A stretch of 64,000 bases of DNA from Octopus sinensis (Eukaryota). Of the stretch, positions 12,188-24,800 are shown piece by piece. How positions within the stretch are numbered: position 1 is the first letter of the stretch; every line of letters starts with the position of its first letter. Both the position numbers and the translations under genes were made by a program. The DNA is taken from NCBI RefSeq assembly GCF_006345805.1, contig NC_042999.1:173166001-173230000 (forward strand). Direction: 5' to 3'. Below the pieces are notes generated by a model that saw only the letters and a program-made list of their open reading frames with translations, was not told the DNA's origin and did no database searches.

Positions 12188-13035
12188 CCTGCATCTGTTG
12201 GAGGTGGCCTTATGTGGTGGTAGTTCCAGCTTTGTGCTTGTAGCCAGGTCAGCTGCTGAACAATTTTTTGTGCCATGCACAAAAAAGACTGCTGTTCAGC
12301 TGCCGCCCTTCTCACATCTGGGTGAAGCTGGCCACCTGTTGGGTTTCCGCGCACCACATCTGCATACCGTCTTTCAGTAGTGGTCAGTGCGCTTTTTTCC
12401 CTTCTTTTAACTTTTTCTTTTTGTTTTTGTTTTTGTTCTCCCTGAGGGAGGGACCTCTGTCTCGCGTCCGTGTGGTTTTGGTAGGGCCTCCGATGTGCAA
12501 AGTTTGCACCTTCAACGCCGTACCAGCAGTCCCCCCTCAGGTAGAATTTGCAGGTGTTTCTTTCCCTGCCCTTACAGTTTTTGCTGGGGTCCCTCTGCTT
12601 TCTCTGGACAGGGCTTCCTTTAGCCTTGATTCTGTCACCCTTTACCTCCTGCTTCCCATCAATTCCAGGGTGCCTTTCCTTTCTTGCGGCCATCGCACCT
12701 CTTTGGTCTTCAGTTGTGGTGTTGGAAGCTGGACATGTGTCATCGTTTCCCTGTGTTCCAGGCTTCTCCATTTGGCTCTGGATGCTTTCTTCATCCTTTT
12801 GGCCCTCCCTGCTGCCGTCACCTCTCAGGATGATGTCCAGGGTATCCACATGTTGCCTGATTAGAGCGTACGAACGGATAACTTCTCTCTTCTTTCGCTC
12901 TATCTGGGCGGTGGTTCTCGAAAAATTGTTGCTTTTCAGCGCCGCAGCAATAATGTCGTTCGGCGAGTCGTCCTCAGCGATCCTCCAAGCGTGGACGAAC
13001 AAATGCACCTCTCTCGCAGACCAGTTTCTTGCCAT
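12139..13035 (-). CDS. LINE ORF1, 298 aa, Myb/SANT-like N-terminus and CCCH-like motif
   Basis: Uninterrupted ORF directly upstream of and overlapping ORF2; NWSAREVHLFVHAW...FSRTTAQIERK; CKFYLRGDCWYG...FAH. Confidence 0.75.
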   Translation of the reverse strand: MARNWSAREVHLFVHAWRIAEDDSPNDIIAAALKSNNFSRTTAQIERKKREVIRSYALIRQHVDTLDIILRGDGSREGQKDEESIQSQMEKPGTQGNDDTCPASNTTTEDQRGAMAARKERHPGIDGKQEVKGDRIKAKGSPVQRKQRDPSKNCKGRERNTCKFYLRGDCWYGVEGANFAHRRPYQNHTDARQRSLPQGEQKQKQKEKVKRREKSALTTTERRYADVVRGNPTGGQLHPDVRRAAAEQQSFLCMAQKIVQQLTWLQAQSWNYHHIRPPPTDAGWPPQTPTHTPQKYFY

Positions 13036-13169
13036 TTTCTTCTAGTGAAATATAGGAACAGAGAGAGAGATAAGATGGAGAGGGAGAAGAGAAATGAGAA
13101 AAGCCAGGGGGGGATAGAGAGAGACGAGGGGATTGACCTGAGAGAAGAGAGAAAGAGAGAAAATAAGAG

Positions 13170-13711
13170 GGAAAAAAGAGAAAGGTGAAAGAATGGCAGG
13201 TCAGCAGGGGGAGAGTGAGCGGGATAGAGGTGTAGTAGAAAGGGACAGGGTGGAAAAGTGAGACAAGAGGGTGGACCCTAGGGGGAGCAGGGAGAAGAAA
13301 GGCGGAGAGATAAAATGGAGAGGAAAAGAGAGAGAGATGAAATGGAGAGGGAGAGAGAGAGAGGGCAGGATAGAGGTACCAGGGAGTGAAGTAAAGGGAC
13401 AGAGGGGGTGGTGTGGAGGAAGGAGACAGATAGAGGAAAAAAGAGAAAGGTGAAAGAATGGCAGGTCAGCAGGGGGAGAGTGAGCGGGATAGAGGTGTAG
13501 TAGAAAGGGACAGGGTGGAAAAGTGAGACAAGAGGGTGGACCCTAGGGGGAGCAGGGAGAAGAAAGGCGGAGAGATAAAATGGAGAGGAAAAGAGAGAGA
13601 GATGAAATGGAGAGGGAGAGAGAGAGAGGGCAGGATAGAGGTACCAGGGAGTGAAGTAAAGGGACAGAGGGGGTGGTGTGGAGGAAGGAGACAGATAGAG
13701 GAAAAAAGAGA
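13170..13711. repeat. 265-bp tandem duplication in the LINE 5' UTR
   Basis: GGTGAAAGAATGGCAGG at 13184 and 13449; near-identical ORFs at 13271 and 13536 (offset 265). Confidence 0.92.
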
Positions 13712-13882
13712 CAGGGGGTGGTGAGCCTTAGAGGGAACAGGGAGAGGAAAGGTAGGAAGTAAAAAGGGGGAAGAGGGAGAGAGGGGGCGCAACAGAGTGT
13801 AGTAAAGGGACAGGGAGGGTGGTGCAGAGAAAGAAATAAGGGGACAGAAGGGGAAGAGGAAAAGGGGTTTGACCTGTGAAAC

Positions 13883-13943
<61 letters not shown>

Positions 13944-14404
13944 GGTCCCGGGTTGAGTCGGGGTTAACCACAGTAAATAAGGTACTCAATACATTGCAGA
14001 GTAAAGTAATTTATTTTATAGAAGGAGCTTCTACAGGACTAGAACTGTTTCATTCAGATGAATGAACTTTAGATCTATACTTAGATGTCAATTAATTTCT
14101 TATTCAAAATATAGTGAAAATTAAAGATAGGGGTGTCGCGCTGTGTATGGGCTAAGCCAGACATTTTAACTTTTGGAGACTTTTGTAACCGAGCACACTT
14201 GCTCGATTTTAAACAACATTGATAAAGTGGTTGTTTCCAAAGTACATTGTCTACATCACTTTCTTCTGCCATGCCAAGTCCCAGCTATTTCATAGCACTT
14301 GAACCTTAGCTACATAACGCTTTATAAATTATATAAGTAAACAGTATATAGTGCGTGCATGTGTATGTGTGTGTATGCCTTTATATGTACGTTTGTATGC
14401 ATGT

Positions 14405-14656
<252 letters not shown>

Positions 14657-15400
14657 TGACATCTAAATTAAGTATTTTATGTACATTCGATGTTTTGAAA
14701 AAAAAGTTTACATGTTTAAATAATATAGTCACAAAGTAAGCTCCTCGGCGAACGGTAAGTAATAAATTTCACGAAATGGTACGCTACATAGGATACAAAA
14801 GAACGACACCCTCTTGTTATTTGACCATGAAGATCTATAGGGATCCGTTGCCGCACATCATAGAGGACATGAGAGTAAAAGCGAACGAAATACGCATTAA
14901 TCGAATGCTGCACCATGATACATGAAATCCTCCAAAAATCTAGGTCATCTATGTGACGTATATTTATAGAAAATACATACCAATCTTTGACACAGAATCA
15001 CGAAATGTGCAATAATGTATGATAGCAGCCAAGAATTAACCATTAATGTTATTTATCTGGCAATGACGATTTTATCAGAGGCAACATCGTTCCCATGCTC
15101 GCTAGTTGCTTATAAATCATAGAGCAGCGCACCACCAAACCATTACATTCAGAATATGAGATCAAAAGTTTCTTGAAACATCAATGGTGTAAGGAAAATT
15201 AATATCCTGCGCTAAACATAAAAGAACAAAAGACTAATATGGAATTATGAAAAATCTTAAATGAAATGGATTAAAATTTAAGACTGTTCTGTCATCAATA
15301 ACGGTTCACTGTTTCTTTATCTCTCTCTTCCCCTCTCTCTCTCTTTCTTTCTCTCTCTCAATGCATACATATAGTGATAGATATATAGATTGGGCAATAT

Positions 15401-15437
<37 letters not shown>

Positions 15438-15709
15438 TCCCACCCCCACTCTCATTTAACGCAGACATGCATTCCCCATATATGTATATATATATATATT
15501 GTTTGCAAGGGAGTCAGAGAAAGGCAGAATGCTACTTATATCTGAACACTACTACAGAAATATTCTTTTAAAAAAACTTTTCTTCTAATTTTTCTAAATT
15601 TAATTATTTAATCGTTACAGTTGAAAAGGTCTCAAAATGACCGAAACCGGTACTAAAAGATTCACTATAAAATATCTTAGCATTTTCTATTTTTGACTTG
15701 TTTTTTCAT

Positions 15710-16125
<416 letters not shown>

Positions 16126-16746
16126 ACACGTATATTCTGTTGTTTCTTTGAATCACAAACAAAATTAAATACAATGCTTATCAGAATATTATCTTCTCAG
16201 ACGAATGAAGTGACAAAGCTGATTTCCAAAGAATTGAAAACAAGAGCGCCATTGTAAATCATGTCAGAAATTCTACCATTTGCTACTTTCAATGTCAGAG
16301 TAAATACGTCATCTAGTTACTTGGCTACAAAGAAAATGTCGGGATTTCCTGTTGCATGACAATCACTTCAAACTTGTTTTGAAATATATGATTGGAAACA
16401 TGGATATTCACATGAAAAATTGACTACTATATAAAGGTTATCACTAGCGGGTTTCTAGAAATTCTTCACGATAAAATCATTGTTAATGCTTCTTTTTAGT
16501 CGATAAACGAAAGAGAAATTATATCGTGTTGGAATAAACTAGACGTACATAGTTCTACATACGTTGAGAGAAGTATTGCTTAAAGGAGAAAGGCTGCAAG
16601 AGATTTTCGCAAAGCGTAAATGAAAAGCATACATAAATCTATGTTTGTATGAGGGAACATGTGTCAGTGGCTTGAATTACTTATGTACATGTGAATACTC
16701 ATGTAAGAATGTATATATGTATACGCCCCTAGAGATAAAATACGTA

Positions 16747-16805
<59 letters not shown>

Positions 16806-18451
16806 CAGAGAGGTGGAGACAGAGAGAGAAATAATCAAGATTCAGTTGAATTAGTAACTTAAGTTGAAGCAGCCAGTCAGTCCGGTATTGTCTGCACTGC
16901 TTGAATTTAGGCGTATAAAAGGCAAATAAGTAAGAAGGATGTAAAGGTTTTATTGCATATATGCCTTTTTGTGTGTGTATCTATATATATATATATACGT
17001 ATGTATGTATGTATGTATGTATGTATGTATGTATGTATGTATGTATGTAGGGTATTTTTATACCGTCTTGTATCCTTTAAGATTTTTTGATACTGTTGAA
17101 AGTATTTTATATAATTATATTTTTCCAAGGTTTTCAGATAAGTTTATCTGTTACAGAATTGATTCAATTATTTTTTGCCCTTAATCGTTGGTTTTCAGTC
17201 AACAGAAAACCTTTACACCTTGTCAGCTGATATCTGGATTTATTAATGGGTTCATTGTGAATAGTGTTATCGGGACCACCTTAACATTACGCTCAGATGA
17301 AGTATTATGAGGGTTTTATTTTATGTAACATAATCCACATTTTATGGCTTACATTGGTTTATCTATCCTTCTTCTCTTACTTGGTCCTTAAATCCCTTTC
17401 TAAATTTTATTATTTAATATACAAAATATAATGATATGTAAATTTTTGCTTAATTTGGATATGCAATTTTCCCCTGTACCATTAATGCTCACTTAGATCT
17501 CATTACGACCTCCTTTGCTTTCTATTTTAGGCCCCTTTTAATTGATAATCATAATATAGTTTATGTCAGCCCTGCCCTTCCTCTTTCTGGATATATACCA
17601 TTATCTTGCTGGCATCTTCTGAAGCATGTTCCTTTATGTAGTCATGGCGAATTTATAGTCACAGTAAAATAGAAGTAAGGAAGAATATCTGACATAAATT
17701 TACTTATCACCGGTATCAATAACTTAACGGTCAATTCCCAGTAGTTTCAATTCTAAGCAGATGTAGAATACTAGCTGCACTGGATCTTTTGATTGTGAAA
17801 GGGGAAAGATGAATGTAGCTATATTACCATTTCTTGACTCCCATTGAGAGGTTATCAAGCATTAAAGTAATATTTTCAATTATCGCTATGAATAAATTCA
17901 ACAGTGTTACCTGCTAGTAAGTCAACATTACCACTCAAAGCATCACTGCAGGAGGAGATGCATATTTGTAAAGTTTTTTAAAAATCGTTCATTTTTAAAG
18001 TAGCAATAATGCTACGTAAAGTATAAGCGTCTTCTGGATAATTTTGTATTGCGTGGAACTTTACATGATAATAGTTTTCCCTATTTTATTGGTTATAAAA
18101 TTTTCCTTGTCTTTTATTTCCACAAATTTAGTGTTTATAATTTAGAATCATTGTAAAGGTGGCTCTCCGATGAAGGAATAGGAAATATATGATGGTAAAA
18201 TGAAATTTTTTAAAATAATACAAAATGTCATTTTATCATCATATTAAAAAGTGAAACTCCATTGCTATTTCCAAGAAGCAAAAACATGTTTAAGAAGTTT
18301 TCTATTTCACATAGTAATAGTACGAATCTGTTATTTCTTCCTCTTAAAAAAATAAGTAAAAAGTGACCGCCTTCATTTAACAAATAAACATCACTACTAC
18401 ATTTGCATTCTAATTATCATCATTCCTTCAGTGTTGGTTAATCCCGAAAAC

Positions 18452-18499
<48 letters not shown>

Positions 18500-18505
<6 letters not shown>

Positions 18506-18660
18506 CAAAGGTTTCTTTCAGTTTTTGTCTACCAAATCCACTCACAAGGCCCTCAGCTATAGTAGAAGACACTCGTTCAGAGTGCCACGTAGTGGGACTG
18601 GAACTGGACCCATGTGGTTGGTAAGCAAGCTACGTACCACGCAGCCACTCCTTGCGCTCA
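18500..18660 (-). mobile_element. tRNA-derived SINE, same family as 1243-1525
   Basis: Reverse complement GGAGTGGCTGCGTGG...GGGTCCAGTTCCAGTCCC...GAGTGTCTTCTACTATAGC...AAACTGAAAGAA. Confidence 0.8.
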
Positions 18661-19964
18661 TCACAGCCATTCCTGTGCCCTCTCTCTGTATATACATACA
18701 TATATATATATATAGGATGATGGTAAGGAAACTATTTATAATATTCGAAATTTTAAACAATAATGAGTCATGCATTTTACTGAAACCTGCCAGAAAATTG
18801 CCTAAAGTTTTCCTTTACTGTGACAATATTCTCTTTTATTTCCTCTCTTTCAATCTTTAACTTTCGCCCTGCAATATAAATTCTACTGTCATTCGAAAAT
18901 TGGATAACCATTATTATTTTAATGTCGCAGAAAAAATATGTTTTTACGAATTCCGAGGGGAACAAATTAAATGTTCTTCCATACTACACTAGTTATTTAT
19001 TTCGATGTTTCTCATAACTGTTTAGTTCTTTCACTGCTGACTAGTCAATAAGTCATCGGGTTTGTTTTAAATGAATGCTAATTTAGGGAATGCCGTCCAA
19101 ATATACAGAAACAGGAAGTAATATCTATTGCATTGGCAACGAAAAGCCGCAGAAGCTGGGTGCTTTTTTAATTACGCGATATTCCCGAAACTTCTTTACT
19201 GATTGGCTACTTTCGATTCAGAGAGTTCCAAGTTTATTTATATGTGAGTTTTGATTACTTTAACATAATTTCAGAATCATTGTGATAATCGACGTAATGC
19301 CCTTTGGAGAGTTTATAAAAATTAAATTAAACTTCCTCATGTTGAACCCTCTGACAACCATTGGTCAAAATATTCTGAAGCAATGAATTGATATTTTGAC
19401 AAAAGAATATATGCAAACCAAGTAAATGTTTTCGATAAAGAAGCTCATAAAAATTCTAACTACAACTAGATTTATATATAATAAATAAGGGTGTATCAAT
19501 CCTTTTAAGATGAACTAACTTCGTTAATTCAAAATATCAAATTCAGCAAAACCAATAAAGCGTTCCAGAGATAACTCCAAATTGTGTGACATTACAAATT
19601 CAAACCAGATATTCATAAAATCTGACAAGAATATGAATTGAATAAGCATTCGCACAAACGTTACATCGCTAATTCCATTATCAACAACCACAGAAATCCA
19701 TCTGTAATATATTCAATGCCATAATCATTAGAAGATAAATAAGATCAGCATGAGATATTGATCCTCTAACGCTGCCTATGATATTGCTTTTGCAATATTT
19801 AACATAAACGATTAGAAACCTTTCGACTACTTGGCCCAACAAAAGCAGATATCTGAAAATTTTGTCAGATACCATATTTCTTATAATATTCCCGAATTGA
19901 AAGGCCCATATCCCTATAAGCTCTATGGAATAGCAGACTCACAAAAATAAAATGATTTTAAAAT

Positions 19965-20280
19965 ATGGTTCGGTGGTTAGATCGTCGGGCTCACAAACAT
20001 AAGGTAGTGAGCTTGATTCCTGGACTAGGATGTGTCTTGTGTTCTTGAGCAAGAAACTTTATTTCATGTTGCTCCAATCACTCTGCTGTAGAAATGAGTT
20101 GCAATGTCACCGGTGCTAAGCTGTATCGGCATTTGCCTTTGTCTTGGATAACATCGATGGAAAGGGGTAGCTGGTATGCATGGGGGACTGCTGGTCTTCC
20201 ACAAACAATCGGGTGCCTCGGAGGGAACATTCTCGGTGCAGTCCCATGAACATTTATGATCGAAGGGCGTCTTTACACCT
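19965..20280 (+). mobile_element. tRNA-derived SINE (second family)
   Basis: Head GGTTCGGTGGTTAG...GAGCTTGATTCC (A/B boxes), body GTGTTCTTGAGCAAG...; interrupts the PLE frame. Confidence 0.7.
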
Positions 20281-20921
20281 TACAAAATACCCAATATAGG
20301 GTCAATGGAAGTTTGCAAATTTGACAGAGAAATATTACCAGTAGTTGCTCTAAATTTGCTCAGAGAAATATTGGACTTTATTAGACATGTCTAGTATACC
20401 TCAGAAAATAGTAATTATTATGTTCACACATGAACCGATCATGGAATGCATATGGTTGAGAAGACAATCATGTACATGCATAGGAATATGTGTGAATATA
20501 ATTATTACAAAATTATAAAGAAGTATCCTCAGGGAAAGAAGCCTTTATATATATGAGGTGTTTCATGATATGAATAATGACCAGAATGACAGAATGGTGT
20601 AAAACATACCTTTGCTTTGAAATATGGTGTTAAATAATCCCTGACAAAATTGACGATGTAATTTTTTCCATTATTTTCAAGGTATATTATGATATTTTAT
20701 GTTAAATATTAAATTGTATATATTATCCATACCACAAACCGATGTAATCAGACAGTTATGCTCTAAAAACTTTGCAATCACAATACAATGTTTATGAGAA
20801 TAATGGCGGAAAACTCAACTCTCAGATTTACTCATCTCTCAAGGACATTTTACGGAACTTATAAACGGCACAGTTACTGTCACTGCTACGACCAATAATG
20901 AACTGAAAGAAAAATAACATA

Positions 20922-21481
20922 TCTATATATATAAAACTGTAGTTGTTTGAGTGTCTGTCCCCTTCGATTTAGATTCCTAACTACTCCCACATTTTGCGGT
21001 GCAGTTTAACCAAATTCGGGTATCTTATAGTCGTGATTCATATCAAGCCCGTCTGGGTATTAGCGCGCGTCTACAATGAGTCTACGATTTTTAAAATAAT
21101 TTAACATTATTTTTTTCCATTTCTTCCAATTTTGTCGAGTGTCGATGGCGGCGGAGTTGGCGTCCATGCTCACACCTGCACCTGTGTTGCTTCTCCCCCT
21201 TCTTCCCTCCCTCGTGAAGCTGTGGGGAAGGGAGTGTAAGGAAATCAACGTCGTAAAGCGTTGTCAAGGAGACCAGCGTTCTTTTAGAACAACGACTTCA
21301 TGGCTTGAAGACACCAAAACAGAAAATGTCTACGATGAGTCAACAATTTAAAAAAAAAATTAGCATAATTTTTTTTCCATTTTTAATGCCTTTTTTTGCT
21401 ATTTTTTGGCTATAACCCTCTAAAAATGCTTATATAGTTATTTCCCTTACAAACCCGAGCAACGCCGGGCGATACTGCTAG
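20922..21481 (+). mobile_element. Non-autonomous Helitron
   Basis: 5' A|TCTATATATATAAAA; 3' hairpin CCCG-A-GC-AAC-GC-CGGG (21454-21469) then CTAG|T; inserted in an AT dinucleotide with no TSD. Confidence 0.85.
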
Positions 21482-21991
21482 TATTGAATAAATCATTAAC
21501 TCCGCGCCTAAAAGGGAAAGCACAATAACTGTTTTTATTCTTTTGTTCTTTTACATGTTTCAGCCCTATGGTTGAGGTCATGCTGCAACACCGCCGATCG
21601 GAGACTCATCCATTTAGTATAAAACCTATTCATAACACCTCCAGAATAACAATAGCATATAATTTATTTACATACATCATAAGGTATTCCCACCCACTCC
21701 ACAAACATTTAACAAATATTCGAACAAAATACTATCAAACTCCCACGTATTACCACAATTAAATTTGCTCATGTGAAATGTTATACTAATCTGTTTAAAC
21801 CCAATAAATAATTCACTACTCTATACAGTAACAACTGCATAGCAAAGGCAATGACATGCGTCCATTTGAGCATAATGTTTTTCTGTATTACTTTTATCAT
21901 AAAATACAAAGTAAAACCTAATAGGCGCGCCCACACGCATAGGCATACACACATGCGCACACACACATACACACGCATATATATATATATG

Positions 21992-22023
<32 letters not shown>

Positions 22024-22059
22024 ATTGTGTGTGTGTGTGCGTGTGCGTGTGTGTGTGTG

Positions 22060-22137
<78 letters not shown>

Positions 22138-22139
22138 AA

Positions 22140-22390
22140 TATTTAAATCTTTAACTCTTTAAATTGTTTCAGCTTCAAAGCTGCGGTCATGCTGGAGTAC
22201 CACAGTTGGCTGTGCTACACCATTATCTGAAACTTGCTCTGATATGTGGCATTTGGTGAATGAGATAGTTTGATGATGCTGCCCTCGTTTGATTCCTGAC
22301 GTGAGGCAGGCTTAATTAGTGAGAGAAAAGGAGATGGAGTTCACAGGAATTCAAGACTAATGAAATCGTAAAATAACCTATAGGAGAGAC
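22140..22390 (-). mobile_element. Short 3' fragment of a CR1 relative of the 9.1-13.9 kb element
   Basis: GCTGCGGTCATGCTGGAGTACCAC and the following sequence parallel 9141-9280. Confidence 0.65.
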
Positions 22391-22648
22391 ATTTCCAATT
22401 ACTGGAAGATATAAAGACATCTGCCAGCGCTGAAATTTACCAAATTCTAGTTACAAACATACTTTTTATAAACAGTTACTCATATCTCCTTTCTTGTCGG
22501 CATTTTCATATGTGATGCATGATACAACCTGAAAGATACTAATGCCTTTCATAGAATATTCTTTATCTAATTTCTATAATTAAAAGTATTAGGAATTATG
22601 TACATTACTTACATTTGACGGATATTTGTCCTCATCTTGTCTGTTGTT

Positions 22649-22694
22649 AACACAACGTTTCGGCTGATATACTCTCTAACCTTCATCAAGTGTC
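22649..22694 (-). ncRNA. Minimal hammerhead ribozyme motif (core C3 to T)
   Basis: GACAC TTGATGA A GGTTA gagagtatat CAGCC GAAAC GTT GTGTT. Confidence 0.6.
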
Positions 22695-22751
22695 GAACCT
22701 GGGTTCTCATTCGATGTTATTATTAGTTTTCGATGTTATTATTAGTAATCA

Positions 22752-22824
22752 GGTCACTGCCTGGAATCGAACACAACATCTTGGGGTTAGTAGCTCGCGC
22801 TCTTAACCACTACGCCATATGCCC
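22752..22824 (-). promoter_or_regulatory. tRNA-like segment with Pol III A and B boxes inside the PLE terminal repeat
   Basis: GGGCATATGGCGTAGTGGTTAAGAGCGCGAGCTACTAACCCCAAGATGTTGTGTTCGATTCCAGGCAGTGACC, 73 nt; imperfect cloverleaf, so not a tRNA gene. Confidence 0.7.
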
Positions 22825-24519
22825 GTGGGCATATTTTAGAGCTTATAAATCTAATATTTTACTATCCTTCCTTAATACTGGTTCCCATATGCTATTCATA
22901 TCTGCACTCGGTCTGCTTAGGAGGTTGTTGTGTCCTAGCATATCTGCTGCTTTTTTTAGTTCACGTATTTTCCAGTGGTGTTCTCTGTCTATTATTTTAA
23001 CTTCATCCCACAGAGGGAGGTGGTCTCCATTTTTCCATACATGATCAGCTATACCCGATTTTTCAATATCTCCTCATGTCACGGCTTTGCGATGTTTCTC
23101 TACCCTTAATTTAAGGGGGCGGCATGTTTCGCCTTCGTATAAGTTACCACAGCTGCATGGCATAGATAGAGTACACTCAGTTCTTGGTCATATTCTCTTC
23201 TATTTTTTTCCCGGAGGAGATATTTACGAAGTGTTGTATTACTCTTGAATACTGTCCTGATGTCATGTGGGTCGCATACCTTTTGTATCTTTTTGGAGGG
23301 GCGTTTTACATAAGGTAGACACACTGTAGACAATTTATTGGTTTCGCTCTCTCTTTTCTTCATAATTGGAGTAGATAGTATGTTTTTGAGGTAGTTGTTG
23401 CTTAATAGATAGTTACTGAGCTTCATCATTTATTCGTGGTGGGTATCACGATCGCTACTTATATTCTTTGCTCGATGCATTAGGCACTGAGTAATTCCTC
23501 TCTTTACACTGTATGCATGGTGGGAGTTGAAGTTAAGGTATCATCCAGTGAAGGTCGGTTTGTGGTATACGGATGTCCTTAATTGATACTTGGTGCGTGT
23601 TATTAATACATCCAGGAATGCTAGCTGATTTTCTTTTCCCTGTTCAATTGTGAACTGTATGGATGGCTATATTGAGTTCACATGATCTAACGCACTTGGA
23701 CATCTTCCTGGTGGGGCCAGAGAAAAAAGGTGTCATTAACATGTCGCACCCATAAGGTTGGTTTTAGTGGTGTTGATCCTAAAGCCAAATTCTCAAAGTA
23801 TTTCATGTACATATTGGCTATTATCGGTGATAAAGGCGAATCCATAGCTAAACCATCTTTTGTCGATATATATCAGTGTCCATACTGAAATAGGTAGTTT
23901 CTACACAGAAGGTCAACATTTCTGTCGCGTTTCTTGTTGGTATACTAGTGCGTTCTTTTAGATAATGTTTGCCGCTAGTTTTTCTTGAATCACTGATAGT
24001 TCTTCACCAGTTGGAAGTTTAGTGAACAGACTTGTTACAACTTGACTCACCATCTGCTTGGATTCAATGGTAGTATCCTTGATCAATTCTGTGAAGTGGG
24101 AGGAATTCTTCACGTATGATGTTAACTTTCCTGCTAATGGCCTGATTATATCCACAAGGAAACGGTTCAGTGGATGACATGCTGAACCTCTACACCTCAC
24201 TATAGGTCTTAATGGAATACCATCCTTGTCAATTTGTATATGCAGAGTCAAACTCACAGATACATGAATAGAGAGTGTATTTCAGTCATACGACAGACAC
24301 TATGAGAAAGAAAATAAGTTTATTCATATTGCAGAAATTATCAACAACACATATACAAGCCACTCCTACTGCAAGATAGAGTGTATCCTTCTTTCGTTTT
24401 CGTTTTCACCTTATTTTAAGTGCCATCTTCAATATTTGTATTTATCACAGTTATCTGTTATTAATCACTGTTACTATCATTTCTAATCTATTATAAATCT
24501 GAGATAATTGTCATTTTTT

Positions 24520-24800
24520 ATCCACAAGAATGTCTTCCCAAGTAATATGTCCTAAGCCATTTCTAACAGAATAGTAACGCTTTTGCATTCACACTGAGTT
24601 CAGCGTCGCCATACATCTCAATCGTTCGTTTCCATATAAGCTGCGCAGGGCCAACATGTACACTGAATTCTTCTTGTAGGACAAATCATCTGATCTTAAT
24701 AACATCTCATGCTACAGTGACGTTTTCAAGGAAGGACTTGTATTCGACCTTGCTGTTGGGTGCATATACTGGCAAGATCATAACAGTTTTTCTTTCAGCT
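24520..24800 (-). mobile_element. Degenerate APE endonuclease fragment of an RTE-like LINE
   Basis: Translates as PVYAPNS...EFSVHVG...WKRTIEMYG...NAKALLFC, paralleling VYAP / GDFNAHVG / NG..LL.FC. Confidence 0.5.

Larger units (their letters stand above)
9105..13880 (-). mobile_element. Near-full-length CR1-group (Jockey superfamily) LINE inserted in (TA)n
   Basis: ORF1 plus APE-RT ORF2; short 3' UTR ending in an 8-bp TTAAGGAT tandem tail (9105-9124); long pyrimidine-rich 5' UTR; (TA)n on both flanks. Confidence 0.92.
19300..21780 (+). mobile_element. Degenerate Penelope-like element (Neptune-like RT), interrupted by a SINE and a Helitron
   Basis: Frame fragments DELTSLIQNIKFSKTNKAFQ, QIFIKSDK, FDREILPVVALNLLREILDF, HPLHKH...NTIKL resemble Neptune-type PLE RT motifs. 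Confidence 0.55.
22590..24260 (-). mobile_element. Penelope-like element (RT plus GIY-YIG, degenerate) with 3' terminal repeat carrying a tRNA-like head and hammerhead
   Basis: DGIPLRPIV, GLAMDSPLSP, WVRHVNDTF RT motifs; LPYVK and GIY-YIG-region motifs (CSCG, IADH, W...IIDRE); ORF ends WEPVLRKDSKILDL* just before the repeat. Confidence 0.88.

Noticed and set aside
9368-12864. Several 60-200 aa ORFs overlapping the CR1 element in other frames or the opposite strand
   Set aside because: Shadow ORFs of a GC-richer coding region; no recognisable motifs
14030-14080. Hammerhead-like motif on the minus strand (CTAAAG..ATTC/GAAT GAAAC A GTT)
   Set aside because: Two core mismatches and no register-correct stem I
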